Shown here: positions 8,220 through 17,844 of the stretch, in pieces
Layout: each line of letters begins with the position of its first letter
Numbering within the stretch: the first letter of the stretch is position 1
Source: an uncultured Gammaproteobacteria bacterium
GTDB taxonomy: Bacteria > Patescibacteriota > Patescibacteriia > UBA9934
Direction of reading: 5' to 3'
Length of the DNA stretch: 64,000 nucleotides
Assembly (NCBI GenBank): GCA_964452565.1
Contig: CAYVLY010000001.1
Location: forward strand, 224,351-288,350
Translations under genes and position numbers: made by a program
Notes under the pieces: model-generated
What the model saw: only the letters and a program-made list of their open reading frames with translations
Databases searched by the model: none
What the model was told of the DNA's origin: nothing

Positions 8220-9683
8220 TTAACTTAATAAATCGATCGCATTATTTATCCTCTCAATTCCCTTTTCCTTTCCAAAAACCCACAAAAGTTCAAATGGTGA
8301 CGCAGACTTAGCAGCGCCAGAAAGAGCTACACGTAAAGGCCACAAGACATTACCGTTTTGCAGATCATTCTTTTCGATATAACCGCGCACTTCCCTTTCG
8401 ACCTCCTCAACATTTACAAAGTGCGCATCTTCCAGTGATTTGATAAACTCCTTGACCCCTTCAAGCTGAGCCTTGGCATCAGCCGCATCTGCCTTTTTCC
8501 AAACAAGAATCTCAGGATCATACTCAAACTCAGCGACATATGGCTCAAGCTTATCTTGAAGCTCATCTAATCGATTCACGCGCTCGCGTTCGACCACTAG
8601 AGCCCTCCTGATCATTTCATTATCAAGATCTACACTGACAAATGATCTTGCAACCTCTACAACCTCTTTAACCTCTAATTCTTTTATATACTGATTATTC
8701 ATCCAATCCAACTTTTCTATGTTCATCACGGCCCCGCTCTTTTTAACCTTGGAAAGATCGAATAGTTTGATGAGCTCATCAAAAGTATAAATCTCCCGAT
8801 CCCCTGTTGGGTTAAAGCCGAGCGTGCCAATGAAGTTTAAAAGCGCCTCAGGTAGATATCCTTTTTTGAGATAATCCTCAACAGCTACATCTCCTTGCCG
8901 CTTTGAAAGCTTTGTTTTATCAGGATTCAAAAGCAGTGGCACATGTGCAAACGTTGGCATATCAAATCCAAGCATGTTATAGAGCATTATGTGCTTTGGT
9001 GTTGATGAAAGCCACTCTTCACCGCGGATGATATGCGTAATCTTCATGAGCGCATCATCAACAACAACTGCTAGATGATAAGTTGGAAAGCCGTCAGACT
9101 TGAGAATCACCTGATCATCAACATCTTCATTTTTGAACTTGACCTTTCCACGCACAACATCCTCAAATACAGTCTCACCCTCAGGAACCTTCATACGCAC
9201 AACATGGGACTCGCCAGCATCGATCTTTGCTTTAACATTATCATCTGATAAGTCGCAACAGTGCCGATCATACTTTGGAGTTTGCTTTGTGGCACGCTGC
9301 TTCTCGCGCATCTCATCAAGTCGTTCTTTTGTACAGAAACAAAAGTATGCGTCGCCTTGTTCGATCAGCTTATCGATATACGGCTTGTAAATGTCGAGCC
9401 GCTTAGACTGAACATATGGGCCATGCTCGCCTTTTTCAATTATTGATCCATCTTCTTGTAAAACAGGACCCTCGTCAGGTTCAATCCCTACATCTTTAAA
9501 GGTCTTGAGGAGATTCTCAAGCGCACCTTCGACCTCACGGGTCTGGTCAGTGTCTTCGATTCGAAGTACAAACTGCCCGCCAGTCTGCTTTGCGAGAAAA
9601 TAATCAAAGAGCGCTGTGCGGAGCGTTCCGATATGAATATATCCTGTTGGACTAGGAGCCAATCTTGTTCGTGCTGGGGTCAT
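8220..9683 (-). CDS. gltX: glutamyl-tRNA synthetase
   Basis: HIGH-type motif PSPTGYIHIG, KMSK-type LSKRQG, 487 aa. Confidence 0.9.
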   Translation of the reverse strand: MTPARTRLAPSPTGYIHIGTLRTALFDYFLAKQTGGQFVLRIEDTDQTREVEGALENLLKTFKDVGIEPDEGPVLQEDGSIIEKGEHGPYVQSKRLDIYKPYIDKLIEQGDAYFCFCTKERLDEMREKQRATKQTPKYDRHCCDLSDDNVKAKIDAGESHVVRMKVPEGETVFEDVVRGKVKFKNEDVDDQVILKSDGFPTYHLAVVVDDALMKITHIIRGEEWLSSTPKHIMLYNMLGFDMPTFAHVPLLLNPDKTKLSKRQGDVAVEDYLKKGYLPEALLNFIGTLGFNPTGDREIYTFDELIKLFDLSKVKKSGAVMNIEKLDWMNNQYIKELEVKEVVEVARSFVSVDLDNEMIRRALVVERERVNRLDELQDKLEPYVAEFEYDPEILVWKKADAADAKAQLEGVKEFIKSLEDAHFVNVEEVEREVRGYIEKNDLQNGNVLWPLRVALSGAAKSASPFELLWVFGKEKGIERINNAIDLLS

Positions 9684-9757
9684 ACTATTTGCTTATCTTC
9701 CATCTCGAGCGAGCGGAGCGAGTCTAGAGATCCCTCGACTTCGCTCGGGATGGAGAA

Positions 9758-10609
9758 TTAATTTATACTTAATAACTGCTTAATAATCTCAGGCACGGTT
9801 TGTCGAACTGCCCTAACAAATCGTTTTGATCGAATCGTTTCGACAATAACGTACGCTGGAAACACAATACTAGCTTTTAGAATCCTACCAATCCTGCGTG
9901 GTTCTATCAATACACGCCAAACCCATTCAAGGCCTGCTTTACGCATCCATTTTGGGGCCCTCTTGTGCCTTCCAGAAATCATATCAAGCGCTCCGCCAAT
10001 ACCGATCATTATCTTTACGCTTGGAAGCTCATCCTTAAACTTCTGCATGAAGAACAATTGCTTTTTATGACCAAGCGCGATAGCGATGATATCGGGTTTG
10101 ATTTTCGTGATTTGATCAATAATACCCCCATCAATCGAGATCTCACCATCCTCGATCTTAACTACGCCTGGATCAATGAAATCAATGTGAACTTTTGAGG
10201 GCAACTTATTAATTGCCTCCTTTGCCACTTTCTTATCACCTCCAAACAATAAAACCCTCTTCCCTTCTCTCCCACATAATTCGATCAGCCTCTGAAGCGT
10301 ATCAACTCCTGTATGGCGGTTGCTTAACTTTCGATCAGTTAGAGCTGAAGTTGCAAATCGAAGCGCAACGCCATCAGGAAGGTTTAGGTTGGATTCTTGA
10401 AGCGCTGATCGAAATACGCCTCCCCCTTTCCCAAGGGGGGATACGGGGGGGTTGCCTGCATTCTTATCTCGAATCGCGTCAACTAACATTTCAGGATTTG
10501 GTGTTGCTATACATTGGGTCTGACCCCCACGCAGAAAAGAAACAAGCCGAGCTTCAAGTTCAGCCTTAGTTAAATCATCAATTCGAATATCAAAAAGCTC
10601 ATGCCTCAT
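9758..10609 (-). CDS. WecG/TagA/CpsF-family glycosyltransferase (N-acetylmannosaminyltransferase-like)
   Basis: C-terminal family signature GGALDMISGRHKRAPKWMRKAGLEWVWRVLIEPRR. Carries an in-frame copy of the palindromic element (encoding PLGKGGGV). Confidence 0.75.
   Translation of the reverse strand: MRHELFDIRIDDLTKAELEARLVSFLRGGQTQCIATPNPEMLVDAIRDKNAGNPPVSPLGKGGGVFRSALQESNLNLPDGVALRFATSALTDRKLSNRHTGVDTLQRLIELCGREGKRVLLFGGDKKVAKEAINKLPSKVHIDFIDPGVVKIEDGEISIDGGIIDQITKIKPDIIAIALGHKKQLFFMQKFKDELPSVKIMIGIGGALDMISGRHKRAPKWMRKAGLEWVWRVLIEPRRIGRILKASIVFPAYVIVETIRSKRFVRAVRQTVPEIIKQLLSIN
10419..10456. repeat. GC-rich palindromic element unit inserted in-frame inside the WecG/TagA-like CDS
   Basis: CCTCCCCCTTTCCCAAGGGGGGATACGGGGGGGTTGCC. 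The ORF reads through it. Confidence 0.7.
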
Positions 10610-10610
10610 A

Positions 10611-11021
10611 TTAGCGTCGCCAGAATGCGATAAGTGCGATTACTCCTCCGAGCAGATCCATTACAAAATCCATCATAGTATCTGCAATGCTTGGCTGATG
10701 CTTGAGCTCAATAGCCTTTGGAAAGATCTCATCAAGTAGAAACTCGTGCAGTTCCCATAGGATTCCAATTAGGGATACAAAACCAAGAACTATTCCTGGA
10801 ATCAACCACCAACTCAGGTGCTTTTGAAACCAACCCTTGAACTTCACATCATCTACACCCTCATTCCAAATCGCCAACCCGAGTGCACCCATGGCAAATC
10901 CCCCACCAATGTGCATTGGTATGTCATACCAATCAAGAATGTCGTAAAGCCCAAATAAGAGCCCCACAAAGTGAAAGACTAATACAATGGCAATAACCAA
11001 AAAAGCTTTTTTTAGTGTCAT
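10611..11021 (-). CDS. hypothetical small integral membrane protein
   Basis: 136-aa ORF with 3-4 hydrophobic helices, AT-rich codon usage like the backbone. Confidence 0.45.
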   Translation of the reverse strand: MTLKKAFLVIAIVLVFHFVGLLFGLYDILDWYDIPMHIGGGFAMGALGLAIWNEGVDDVKFKGWFQKHLSWWLIPGIVLGFVSLIGILWELHEFLLDEIFPKAIELKHQPSIADTMMDFVMDLLGGVIALIAFWRR

Positions 11022-11084
11022 AACAACCCTATTCTACGCTAAAATTCGAGGACAATCAATCCAGCACCTGGCAGCTGAACTTAG

Positions 11085-11111
11085 TTAGTTGAACTAAATT
11101 AGTTCAACTAA
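11085..11111. promoter_or_regulatory. 27-bp near-perfect palindrome TTAGTTGAACTAA-A-TTAGTTCAACTAA upstream of clpB (candidate operator)
   Basis: Perfect 13-bp arms. The GTTGAAC/GTTCAAC core is shared with a second palindrome at 42991-43027. Confidence 0.45.
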
Positions 11112-11140
11112 ACTGTGGATAAAATCTATTAACTCCCGTA

Positions 11141-11183
11141 AGTTGACGAAACTTAATTAGCACTCTATACTTGGGAGTGCTAA
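11141..11183 (+). promoter_or_regulatory. sigma-70-like promoter (TTGACG-N17-TATACT) overlapped by a perfect CIRCE element TTAGCACTC-N9-GAGTGCTAA (HrcA operator) for clpB
   Basis: CIRCE consensus matched 18/18 at 11157-11183. The -10 hexamer lies inside the spacer. Confidence 0.75.
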
Positions 11184-11194
11184 TTATACCAATT

Positions 11195-13834
11195 ATGATG
11201 CCGAATAACTTTACCTCAAAATCCCAAGAAGCCATTCAAGTGGCGCAAATGTTAGCCAATGAAAACGGTCAGCAAGCTGTCGATCCGATTCACTTACTAG
11301 CAAGCTTGATAAACCAAGACGACGGCATTATTCCTGCTCTTTTGCAAAAGATGCAGGTAGATACAAGTCGCCTCGTCAATCAAGTTGATCAGATCCTACA
11401 GACCCTTCCAAAAAACTTTGGATTCAACCAAGGCGGTATGGGACAGGTTCTCCTCTCCCCTGCCCTAGCAAAAACTCTTCAAAATAGCGCCAAGCAAGCA
11501 AAGCAATTTGGCGATGACTTTATTTCTACTGAACATCTATTTTTGGCTTTAATGCAAAACAAGCAGGTTGCCCAATTTCTATCCACGCAAGGAATTGAAA
11601 TAAAGGCAACTCTTGAATCTCTAAAAGATGTTCGCGGAAATCAAAAAGTGGATTCCGCAGATCCAGAGGCAAAGTTTCAGGCACTTGAAAAATACAGTTT
11701 GAATCTCACAGAATACGCACGCCAAGGAAAGCTCGATCCTGTAATCGGGCGTGATGAGGAAATTCGTCGACTTATGCAAGTTCTGGTTCGACGAACTAAG
11801 AACAACCCCGTGCTTATCGGAGAGGCTGGAGTTGGTAAAACAGCGATTGCTGAAGGTCTTGCTCAACGCATCGTAGCTGGTGATGTCCCTGAAATGCTCA
11901 AAGACCGTGAGATAATCGCGCTTGACCTTGGAGCACTTGTTGCAGGAACAAAGTTCCGTGGTGAATTTGAGGAGCGTCTAAAGGCTGTTGTTAAAGAAAT
12001 CGAGCAATCTGATGGAAAGATGATTTTGTTTATCGATGAGCTTCACAATCTCGTTGGCGCTGGAAAGGGTGAAGAAAGTCCAATGGACGCAAGCAACATG
12101 CTTAAACCTGCGCTTGCTCGTGGTGAAATGCGCGTTATCGGCGCAACAACTTTAAAGGAATATCAAAAACATATTGAAAAAGACGCTGCACTTGAGCGTC
12201 GATTCCAACCCGTGATGGTTGAAGAGCCGTCTGTACCTGATACGATCGCAATTCTTCGAGGAATTAAAGAGAAGTACGAAATTCACCATGGAGTCCGCAT
12301 TAGCGATACTGCACTAGTTTCAGCCGCAGAACTTTCAAACCGCTACATCACAGATCGATTCTTGCCAGATAAAGCGATCGATCTTATGGATGAGTCTGCC
12401 GCTGCCCTTCGCATGCAGATCGACTCCATGCCTGAGGACCTTGATCGACTTAAGCGTGAGGAAATGCGTCTTGAGATTGAGAAGCAGTCACTTTTAAAGG
12501 AAAAAGATAAGCGCTCAAAGCAACGTTTGGAAGAAATTGAAAAATCAATTGGTGATCTTAAAGAGCAATCATCTGAGCTTGAACTTAGATGGAAGAACGA
12601 AAAATCAATAATTCAAAAAATCAGGGATCTTAAAGACGAAATCGATAAGCTTACTAATGAATCTGATATTGAAGAACGTAAGGGTGACCTTCAAAAAGTC
12701 GCAGAGATTCGATATAGCGTGATTCCTAAAAAGCGCAAGGATCTTGAAAAAGCTCAAACTGAACTGAAGAACTTCCAAGAAGAGCGTGGTTTGCTTAAAG
12801 AAGAAATCGGCCCAGAGGAGATCGCTTCTATTGTTTCACGATGGACTCATATTCCGATAAGTAAAATGCTTCAAGGTGAGATGGAAAAGCTTGCAACCAT
12901 GGAAGAAGATCTAAAGGCGCGCGTTGTAGGTCAGGACGAAGCTATCACTGCGGTGAGCAATGCGCTGCGACGCTCGCGTGCAGGCATATCAGAAGAAAAA
13001 CGTCCAATCGGATCATTTATATTTCTCGGGCCAACTGGAGTTGGTAAAACTGAACTTGCAAAGGTTTTGGCAGATTTCATGTTTGACGATGATGAGGCGC
13101 TTATCCGCGTGGACATGTCTGAGTATATGGAAAAGCACAGTGTCAGCAAAATGATTGGATCGCCTCCTGGATACATTGGACATGATGAGGCTGGTCAGCT
13201 TACTGAGAAAGTCCGCCGACGCCCCTACTCTGTGATTTTGTTCGACGAGATTGAAAAGGCGCATCCAGATGTCTTTAACATGCTTCTGCAAGTACTTGAT
13301 GATGGGCACCTGACAGATGCCAAGGGTCGACGGGTAAACTTTAAGAACACGATCATCATTATGACTTCAAACATTGGATCAGAGTTTATCCTGAACTCTG
13401 AGAAGGCTGGTGGGATTGGTTTTGATGATGAGACTGTGCGTGAACACAATGAATCAAATGGAGTTAAGGATCGAGTAATGGAAATGATGCGGGAACAGTT
13501 CAAGCCAGAGTTTTTGAATCGTGTTGATGAGATTATCTTCTTTCATGCACTTTCTGAAAATCACATCGCTGATATTGTTCAGCTTCAGGTCGATCTTGTT
13601 GCGCAGCGTTTGAGTGAACAAAAACACATAATCGTGAAGGTAACTGAACGTGCAAAGAAATATCTTGCTAAAGAAGGATATGATCCTCAGTATGGCGCAC
13701 GGCCGCTAAAACGAATAATTCAACATCAGATACTTGATCCGCTTGCCATGAAGATAGTCCAGAGTGAAATTCCGGAGGATAGCGCAGTAACAATCGATGT
13801 AATCCAAGGTGAAGTAAAAATCACAGTTCGATAA
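11195..13834 (+). CDS. clpB: ATP-dependent chaperone ClpB (two AAA+ modules plus middle coiled coil)
   Basis: Two Walker A motifs ([16 protein letters not shown]), a long coiled-coil M-domain, about 880 aa. Start is set at the ATG pair at 11195 (the ORF track starts at an upstream TTG). Confidence 0.9.
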   Translation: MMPNNFTSKSQEAIQVAQMLANENGQQAVDPIHLLASLINQDDGIIPALLQKMQVDTSRLVNQVDQILQTLPKNFGFNQGGMGQVLLSPALAKTLQNSAKQAKQFGDDFISTEHLFLALMQNKQVAQFLSTQGIEIKATLESLKDVRGNQKVDSADPEAKFQALEKYSLNLTEYARQGKLDPVIGRDEEIRRLMQVLVRRTKNNPVLIGEAGVGKTAIAEGLAQRIVAGDVPEMLKDREIIALDLGALVAGTKFRGEFEERLKAVVKEIEQSDGKMILFIDELHNLVGAGKGEESPMDASNMLKPALARGEMRVIGATTLKEYQKHIEKDAALERRFQPVMVEEPSVPDTIAILRGIKEKYEIHHGVRISDTALVSAAELSNRYITDRFLPDKAIDLMDESAAALRMQIDSMPEDLDRLKREEMRLEIEKQSLLKEKDKRSKQRLEEIEKSIGDLKEQSSELELRWKNEKSIIQKIRDLKDEIDKLTNESDIEERKGDLQKVAEIRYSVIPKKRKDLEKAQTELKNFQEERGLLKEEIGPEEIASIVSRWTHIPISKMLQGEMEKLATMEEDLKARVVGQDEAITAVSNALRRSRAGISEEKRPIGSFIFLGPTGVGKTELAKVLADFMFDDDEALIRVDMSEYMEKHSVSKMIGSPPGYIGHDEAGQLTEKVRRRPYSVILFDEIEKAHPDVFNMLLQVLDDGHLTDAKGRRVNFKNTIIIMTSNIGSEFILNSEKAGGIGFDDETVREHNESNGVKDRVMEMMREQFKPEFLNRVDEIIFFHALSENHIADIVQLQVDLVAQRLSEQKHIIVKVTERAKKYLAKEGYDPQYGARPLKRIIQHQILDPLAMKIVQSEIPEDSAVTIDVIQGEVKITVR

Positions 13835-13840
13835 ACAATA

Positions 13841-13880
13841 GGACCTATAAGACATACTGGACTTATGGGTCTTTTTTGAT
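13841..13880 (+). terminator. intrinsic terminator of clpB (GACCTATAAG...CTTATGGGTC + TTTTTTGA)
   Basis: Hairpin followed by a T-run directly after the clpB stop. Confidence 0.6.
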
Positions 13881-14436
13881 CTTGACACATTTTCACCCAA
13901 ATGCTTTAATATCTTCACGTCCATTTTGGCTAAGAGGAGTCCCAGCGAGTGCCGCGTCACCAGGAGGTACGCGCCGCGCGTCGGAAAGCTGCAATCCTGC
14001 AGTAGTCGACACTGGCCTTTGAAGCCAGCAGCAACCAAAGCTCAAGGGATCGAGATAGCGACCGAGCCTCTTCTCAGCCAGGCTGCGGGGTAAAAGCAAA
14101 CAAGCTGATACCACCACAAACCCGGAGAGTCCTGGTTCCCAGGACGCAGACTACGGAGGACGGTGAGTCCCAACATGCGCGGTCTGACCGGTTCCTCGTC
14201 ACGTTCACCCCCATGGGTCCCTGTTCGTGGAGAAGTCGTGTGCGGTGAGGAAATTCGCATCTTCACCACCCCGCAGCCATCCTTTTCTCGTAAATCCTTC
14301 GTGGCATCTTCCCTGCCATCGCCAGCCTCCTCGCCTGAGGTCGACGCCACGTGGGTACAGAGCCACCTTTGCCTCGCACTGGTGGCTCTCTACTTTTTGG
14401 CGCTAAACAGCTAGCGTCTATTTTTTATAAAAAGAT

Positions 14437-14457
14437 ACCAACGTTTAACGTTGGTAG
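14437..14457 (-). terminator. 21-bp perfect palindrome TACCAACGTTTAACGTTGGTA followed on the minus strand by a U-run; identical copy at 62118-62138
   Basis: Identical sequence plus similar flanks (ATAAAAA) at two loci, each downstream of a minus-strand gene. Confidence 0.5.
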
Positions 14458-14682
14458 TGCAGGTACCACATCTTATTGAAATCCGCAACTGTGGATAACA
14501 CGTCCAGAACCCGGTGCTGGACTTGATTTATAAAAGCGAAACTCCTTTATTTATAAGATATTCTTTCCAAGGTTGAACCTTGAGTATTAGAGCTAATAAA
14601 ATAAGGATAAGCGAAACCCCCGCAGCGCGTAGCGTGCAGGGGTCACGGAAGAAGGGTTGAAGAAGGGGCGCGGGGCGTGGGA

Positions 14683-15189
14683 CTAGTCGTTGTCGATGTC
14701 GAGCCCGTTGTTGCGGACCCAGAAGTTGTCAACGTCTTCGTCTTCCCACTGGATCACCAGGACATCGCCCTGGGGCACCTCGTCGGAGAACATGATCTGG
14801 GGCGGCCCGTTGTCGAAGGCTACCTCACCCATGCACTCAGCGTCGAAGTGGCTGGGAACGCCGTAGAACAGGATATCCGCGTAGACGCCGTCCGTGTAGA
14901 CATCGCCCACCTGGCTGAACTCAGTCTCCCCATCATCGAAGATGCAGGTGACTTCCATCGAGCTCACGGTATAGCCCTGGTCGGCGAACTTCGAGTCCCA
15001 CATGATCCACACGGCATCGTCGGTCGTGCCGTAGTAGCTGCCACCGTTGCCGAGGCCGACATCGATGTCGCAGTCCCAGACGCCGTCCGCATTGTAGCCA
15101 CATGAGGCACCGCCAAACTCGAAGCACCCGGGGGTAGCGACGGTGGACAGGGCGAGGACAGCGGCGAGCAGGGTGTTGATCTTGGTCAT
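14683..15189 (-). CDS. hypothetical secreted Cys-containing protein (signal peptide, possible lipobox ATPGC); GC-rich
   Basis: RBS GGAGGAG upstream, N-terminal hydrophobic signal, acidic mature domain. The overlapping plus-strand ORF is judged spurious. Confidence 0.5.
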   Translation of the reverse strand: MTKINTLLAAVLALSTVATPGCFEFGGASCGYNADGVWDCDIDVGLGNGGSYYGTTDDAVWIMWDSKFADQGYTVSSMEVTCIFDDGETEFSQVGDVYTDGVYADILFYGVPSHFDAECMGEVAFDNGPPQIMFSDEVPQGDVLVIQWEDEDVDNFWVRNNGLDIDND

Positions 15190-15270
15190 TTTCTCTCATC
15201 TCCTCCTCGCCGCAGCGAGGCTGTTGGGGTCACTGGTGCGTCATGGTCGAAAGGTTCGACTCACATACGC

Positions 15271-15340
15271 TCCTATAGCATAGGAAAAAGTGGAGTGAGA
15301 GATATTTAAGGTGCGCTCTTTCCTATGCTTTAGGAGTGCT
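15271..15340. promoter_or_regulatory. two related palindromic boxes (TCCTATAGCATAGGA and TCCTATGCTTTAGGAG) about 45 bp apart upstream of the secreted-protein gene
   Basis: Box 1 is a perfect palindrome (CCTAT-AGC-ATAGG). Box 2 is the inverted near-copy. Confidence 0.4.
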
Positions 15341-15430
15341 ATGAGCTACTCTCAGATTTCGATGCTTGATCGAAGTCTGGGTGTAGCCCACCCGACGAGA
15401 TGCCGGGATGGGCGAATGAGAAAGGTGAGG

Positions 15431-15697
15431 CTAGCGGCGCCACTTGCGGAAGAGCCGGGTGCGCTTGAGTGCCTCGCGGATTCCGAGCTCGCGGCTGTTC
15501 TCAAAGTTCCTGACGGCCATGACCTGACCTTGCCGGATCTTTTCGAGTCGGCCGAGCTCGTTGCGGATGGCCGCGTTCAGCTCGTCGAGCTGGCTGCGAA
15601 GCCCTCTTGAGAGCTGCATGGGGCTGCCGTGACCAGGCAGGCTCACCCTTGCAGTCGTAGTGTAGAGAGCGACGAGCGTTGTTTCGATGCCTTTCAT
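15431..15697 (-). CDS. hypothetical 88-aa protein (GC-rich island)
   Basis: GGAG RBS 6 nt upstream of the ATG. No recognisable motif. Confidence 0.3.
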   Translation of the reverse strand: MKGIETTLVALYTTTARVSLPGHGSPMQLSRGLRSQLDELNAAIRNELGRLEKIRQGQVMAVRNFENSRELGIREALKRTRLFRKWRR

Positions 15698-15842
15698 GTC
15701 ATCTCCAAACTACCCTTGAGGCAGCTGGTGTTAGGGAGCGTTGTGCTTCCCACCAAAGGTCTCGATACTATTCAAGCTCTTTGGTGGGCCCACTCGATCG
15801 AGGATCGAGTGGGACGAGGAAGGAGGGGGAAGGAAGAAGGTG

Positions 15843-16007
15843 CTACATCAGGGCCTTGACCGCGGCGTCGAGCACGTGGCTGTGCTTGGTGCTGCCGACG
15901 AGGGCGAGCCACGCGATGGGGGCGATCATCAGTCCAGCAACGGCCAGGCCGCTCTGGATGGTGTGAGCCTTCATGCGGACGTGGAAGAGGACGGTATCGA
16001 GGGTCAT
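15843..16007 (-). CDS. hypothetical 54-aa single-pass membrane peptide (not in the ORF track, below its 60-aa cutoff)
   Basis: AAGGAG RBS 7 nt upstream of the ATG at 16007. The ORF encodes MTLDTVLFHVRMKAHTIQSGLAVAGLMIAPIAWLALVGSTKHSHVLDAAVKALM. Confidence 0.3.
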   Translation of the reverse strand: MTLDTVLFHVRMKAHTIQSGLAVAGLMIAPIAWLALVGSTKHSHVLDAAVKALM

Positions 16008-16460
16008 GGTGTTCTCCTTGGAGGGTCGAGTGTTTCAATCTGGCTAGATTACTATCTATTCAGGTTGAAGCACTCGACTACCTATAAAGAAAACCGCCTG
16101 AGTTTCTCGAAAATTGAGAGAACCAGGCGGTTTCCTACCACTCAGTAGATCCTTCGACTCGGCCTTTGGCCTCGCTCAGGATGACGAGTGATTTGCTTCT
16201 TTACCCAGAAGCTTGGGCTCTCTCTAGTTGTAATGTTCTGATCAAATCTGCCTTGCGACTCCTTGATCTTTACATGTAGTACTATAGCACAAAATGACAA
16301 GTTTGTCAAGAGCTGAGGCTGGATTTTGGGCTAAAATTGGCATATATTCTATAGGTAGTAGTAAGTAGGTAGTAGGCAGTAGATGGGCAGCCAATACATA
16401 CCCGGACTTATCTACTTATTACTTCCTACTACCCACTACCTGCGCTATAATAAGGCCACT

Positions 16461-17804
16461 ATGAAAAAGCTTGTCTTTGCCCTATTTCTGATAATACTAC
16501 TTCCTACTAAGTCCTTTGCTTTTGACCCAAATTACCTTATTTCTGACTGGGATTTTACTGACCCTTTTGCCCTGGACTTCAATCAAATCCAGCATTATTT
16601 AAATCGCGGATATCTAGGTGACTATCTAACTGAGGATTGGGAAGGCGATGACGCATATGCAACAAATATTGTATGGGAAACAGCTCAGACTCATGGCATA
16701 AGTCCAAAGGTACTCCTTGTCATGCTTCAAAAAGAGCAATCACTTGTTGAAGATGATGACCCATCAGATAGTCAACTTGACTGGGCAATGGGATATGCTG
16801 TGTGCGATTCTTGCTCGCATGACGATGAGGCGATCCAACGTTGGAAGGGCTTTGGAAAACAAGTGAACTCTGCTGCCATGCAGCTCACTGAAGGATATCT
16901 TGAAGATATTGAAAACTACGGAACCACCCAAGGTAAGTACGGACCAGGAGTTGATGTAGAGATCGATGACACAACTGTAACTCCGATCAATGCTGCGACT
17001 GCTGCACTCTACGCTTACACGCCCCACCTTCATGGCAATGAAAACTTTGTGACAATCTGGGATCGATGGTTTAGCACAGACTACCCAACAGGTTCACTTT
17101 TGCAGGCTGCAGGAGAAGCTGGGGTTTACTACATCGAATACGGATACAAGCGGCCAATCAATAGCTGGTCTGCCCTGCTCTCTCGCTTTAACTCTGATTT
17201 GATAATTACAGTTACTGCAGAGACTTTAGACAACTATCCAGATGGCCGCGCGATTGACTTCCCTAACTATTCCCTCCTGCAGGACGAGGACGATAACATC
17301 TATCTTCTCGTAGATGACGCTCTTCGGCCCTTTGACTCGATTGATACCTTCTACGCACTTGGCTTTAAGGATGATGAGTTGAATGAAATAGATAATGACG
17401 ATGTTGATCTGTACGACGAGGGATCAACAGTCACTGTTTCAACAGCCAGCGTGACTGGTGAGCTGGTTCAGCTTTCAACCAATGGAGCCTACTACTATCT
17501 GCAAGGTGGATATAGACATGCGGTTTTGACAGAGGATATTGCGCAAGCACGATTTGGATCTGCATCTCGAATGATCGAACCAGTCGAAGTTGAACAATAT
17601 ATCGAAGCAGAGCATCTATTAATTCCTGATGGATATCTGATAAAAACTACAACTGATGCCACTGTATACGTTGTAGCTGAGGGAGAAATACTTCCAATAG
17701 GTTCAGAAAGTGCATTTAGCTCGTTTGGATGGCAATGGGATGATATTATAGATGTATCTGCAGAAACCTTAGCGCTTCACCGCATTGGCGACTCAATCGA
17801 GTAA
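16461..17804 (+). CDS. hypothetical secreted protein; N-terminal region resembles lytic-transglycosylase/glycoside-hydrolase catalytic segment
   Basis: Signal peptide MKKLVFALFLIILLPTKSFA. The motif VLLVMLQKEQSLVED resembles SLT-type E-S catalytic motifs. Start is set at the ATG at 16461; the upstream part of the ORF is the GTAG/CTAC hairpin. Confidence 0.5.
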   Translation: MKKLVFALFLIILLPTKSFAFDPNYLISDWDFTDPFALDFNQIQHYLNRGYLGDYLTEDWEGDDAYATNIVWETAQTHGISPKVLLVMLQKEQSLVEDDDPSDSQLDWAMGYAVCDSCSHDDEAIQRWKGFGKQVNSAAMQLTEGYLEDIENYGTTQGKYGPGVDVEIDDTTVTPINAATAALYAYTPHLHGNENFVTIWDRWFSTDYPTGSLLQAAGEAGVYYIEYGYKRPINSWSALLSRFNSDLIITVTAETLDNYPDGRAIDFPNYSLLQDEDDNIYLLVDDALRPFDSIDTFYALGFKDDELNEIDNDDVDLYDEGSTVTVSTASVTGELVQLSTNGAYYYLQGGYRHAVLTEDIAQARFGSASRMIEPVEVEQYIEAEHLLIPDGYLIKTTTDATVYVVAEGEILPIGSESAFSSFGWQWDDIIDVSAETLALHRIGDSIE

Positions 17805-17844
17805 TCACTTTTATCACCTTTACCACTTCTACCACTTTGCTATT

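Noticed and set aside
13890-14420. RNase P RNA, tmRNA or cobalamin-riboswitch identity for the structured GC-rich segment
   Set aside because: Hand comparison found only loose matches. The P4 GGAAAGUCCGGGCUCC motif, tmRNA termini and the B12 box were all absent. Left as unknown.
15311-15610. Plus-strand ORF of 99 aa overlapping the minus-strand 88-aa gene
   Set aside because: No RBS. The opposite-strand ORF has GGAG 6 nt upstream of its ATG.
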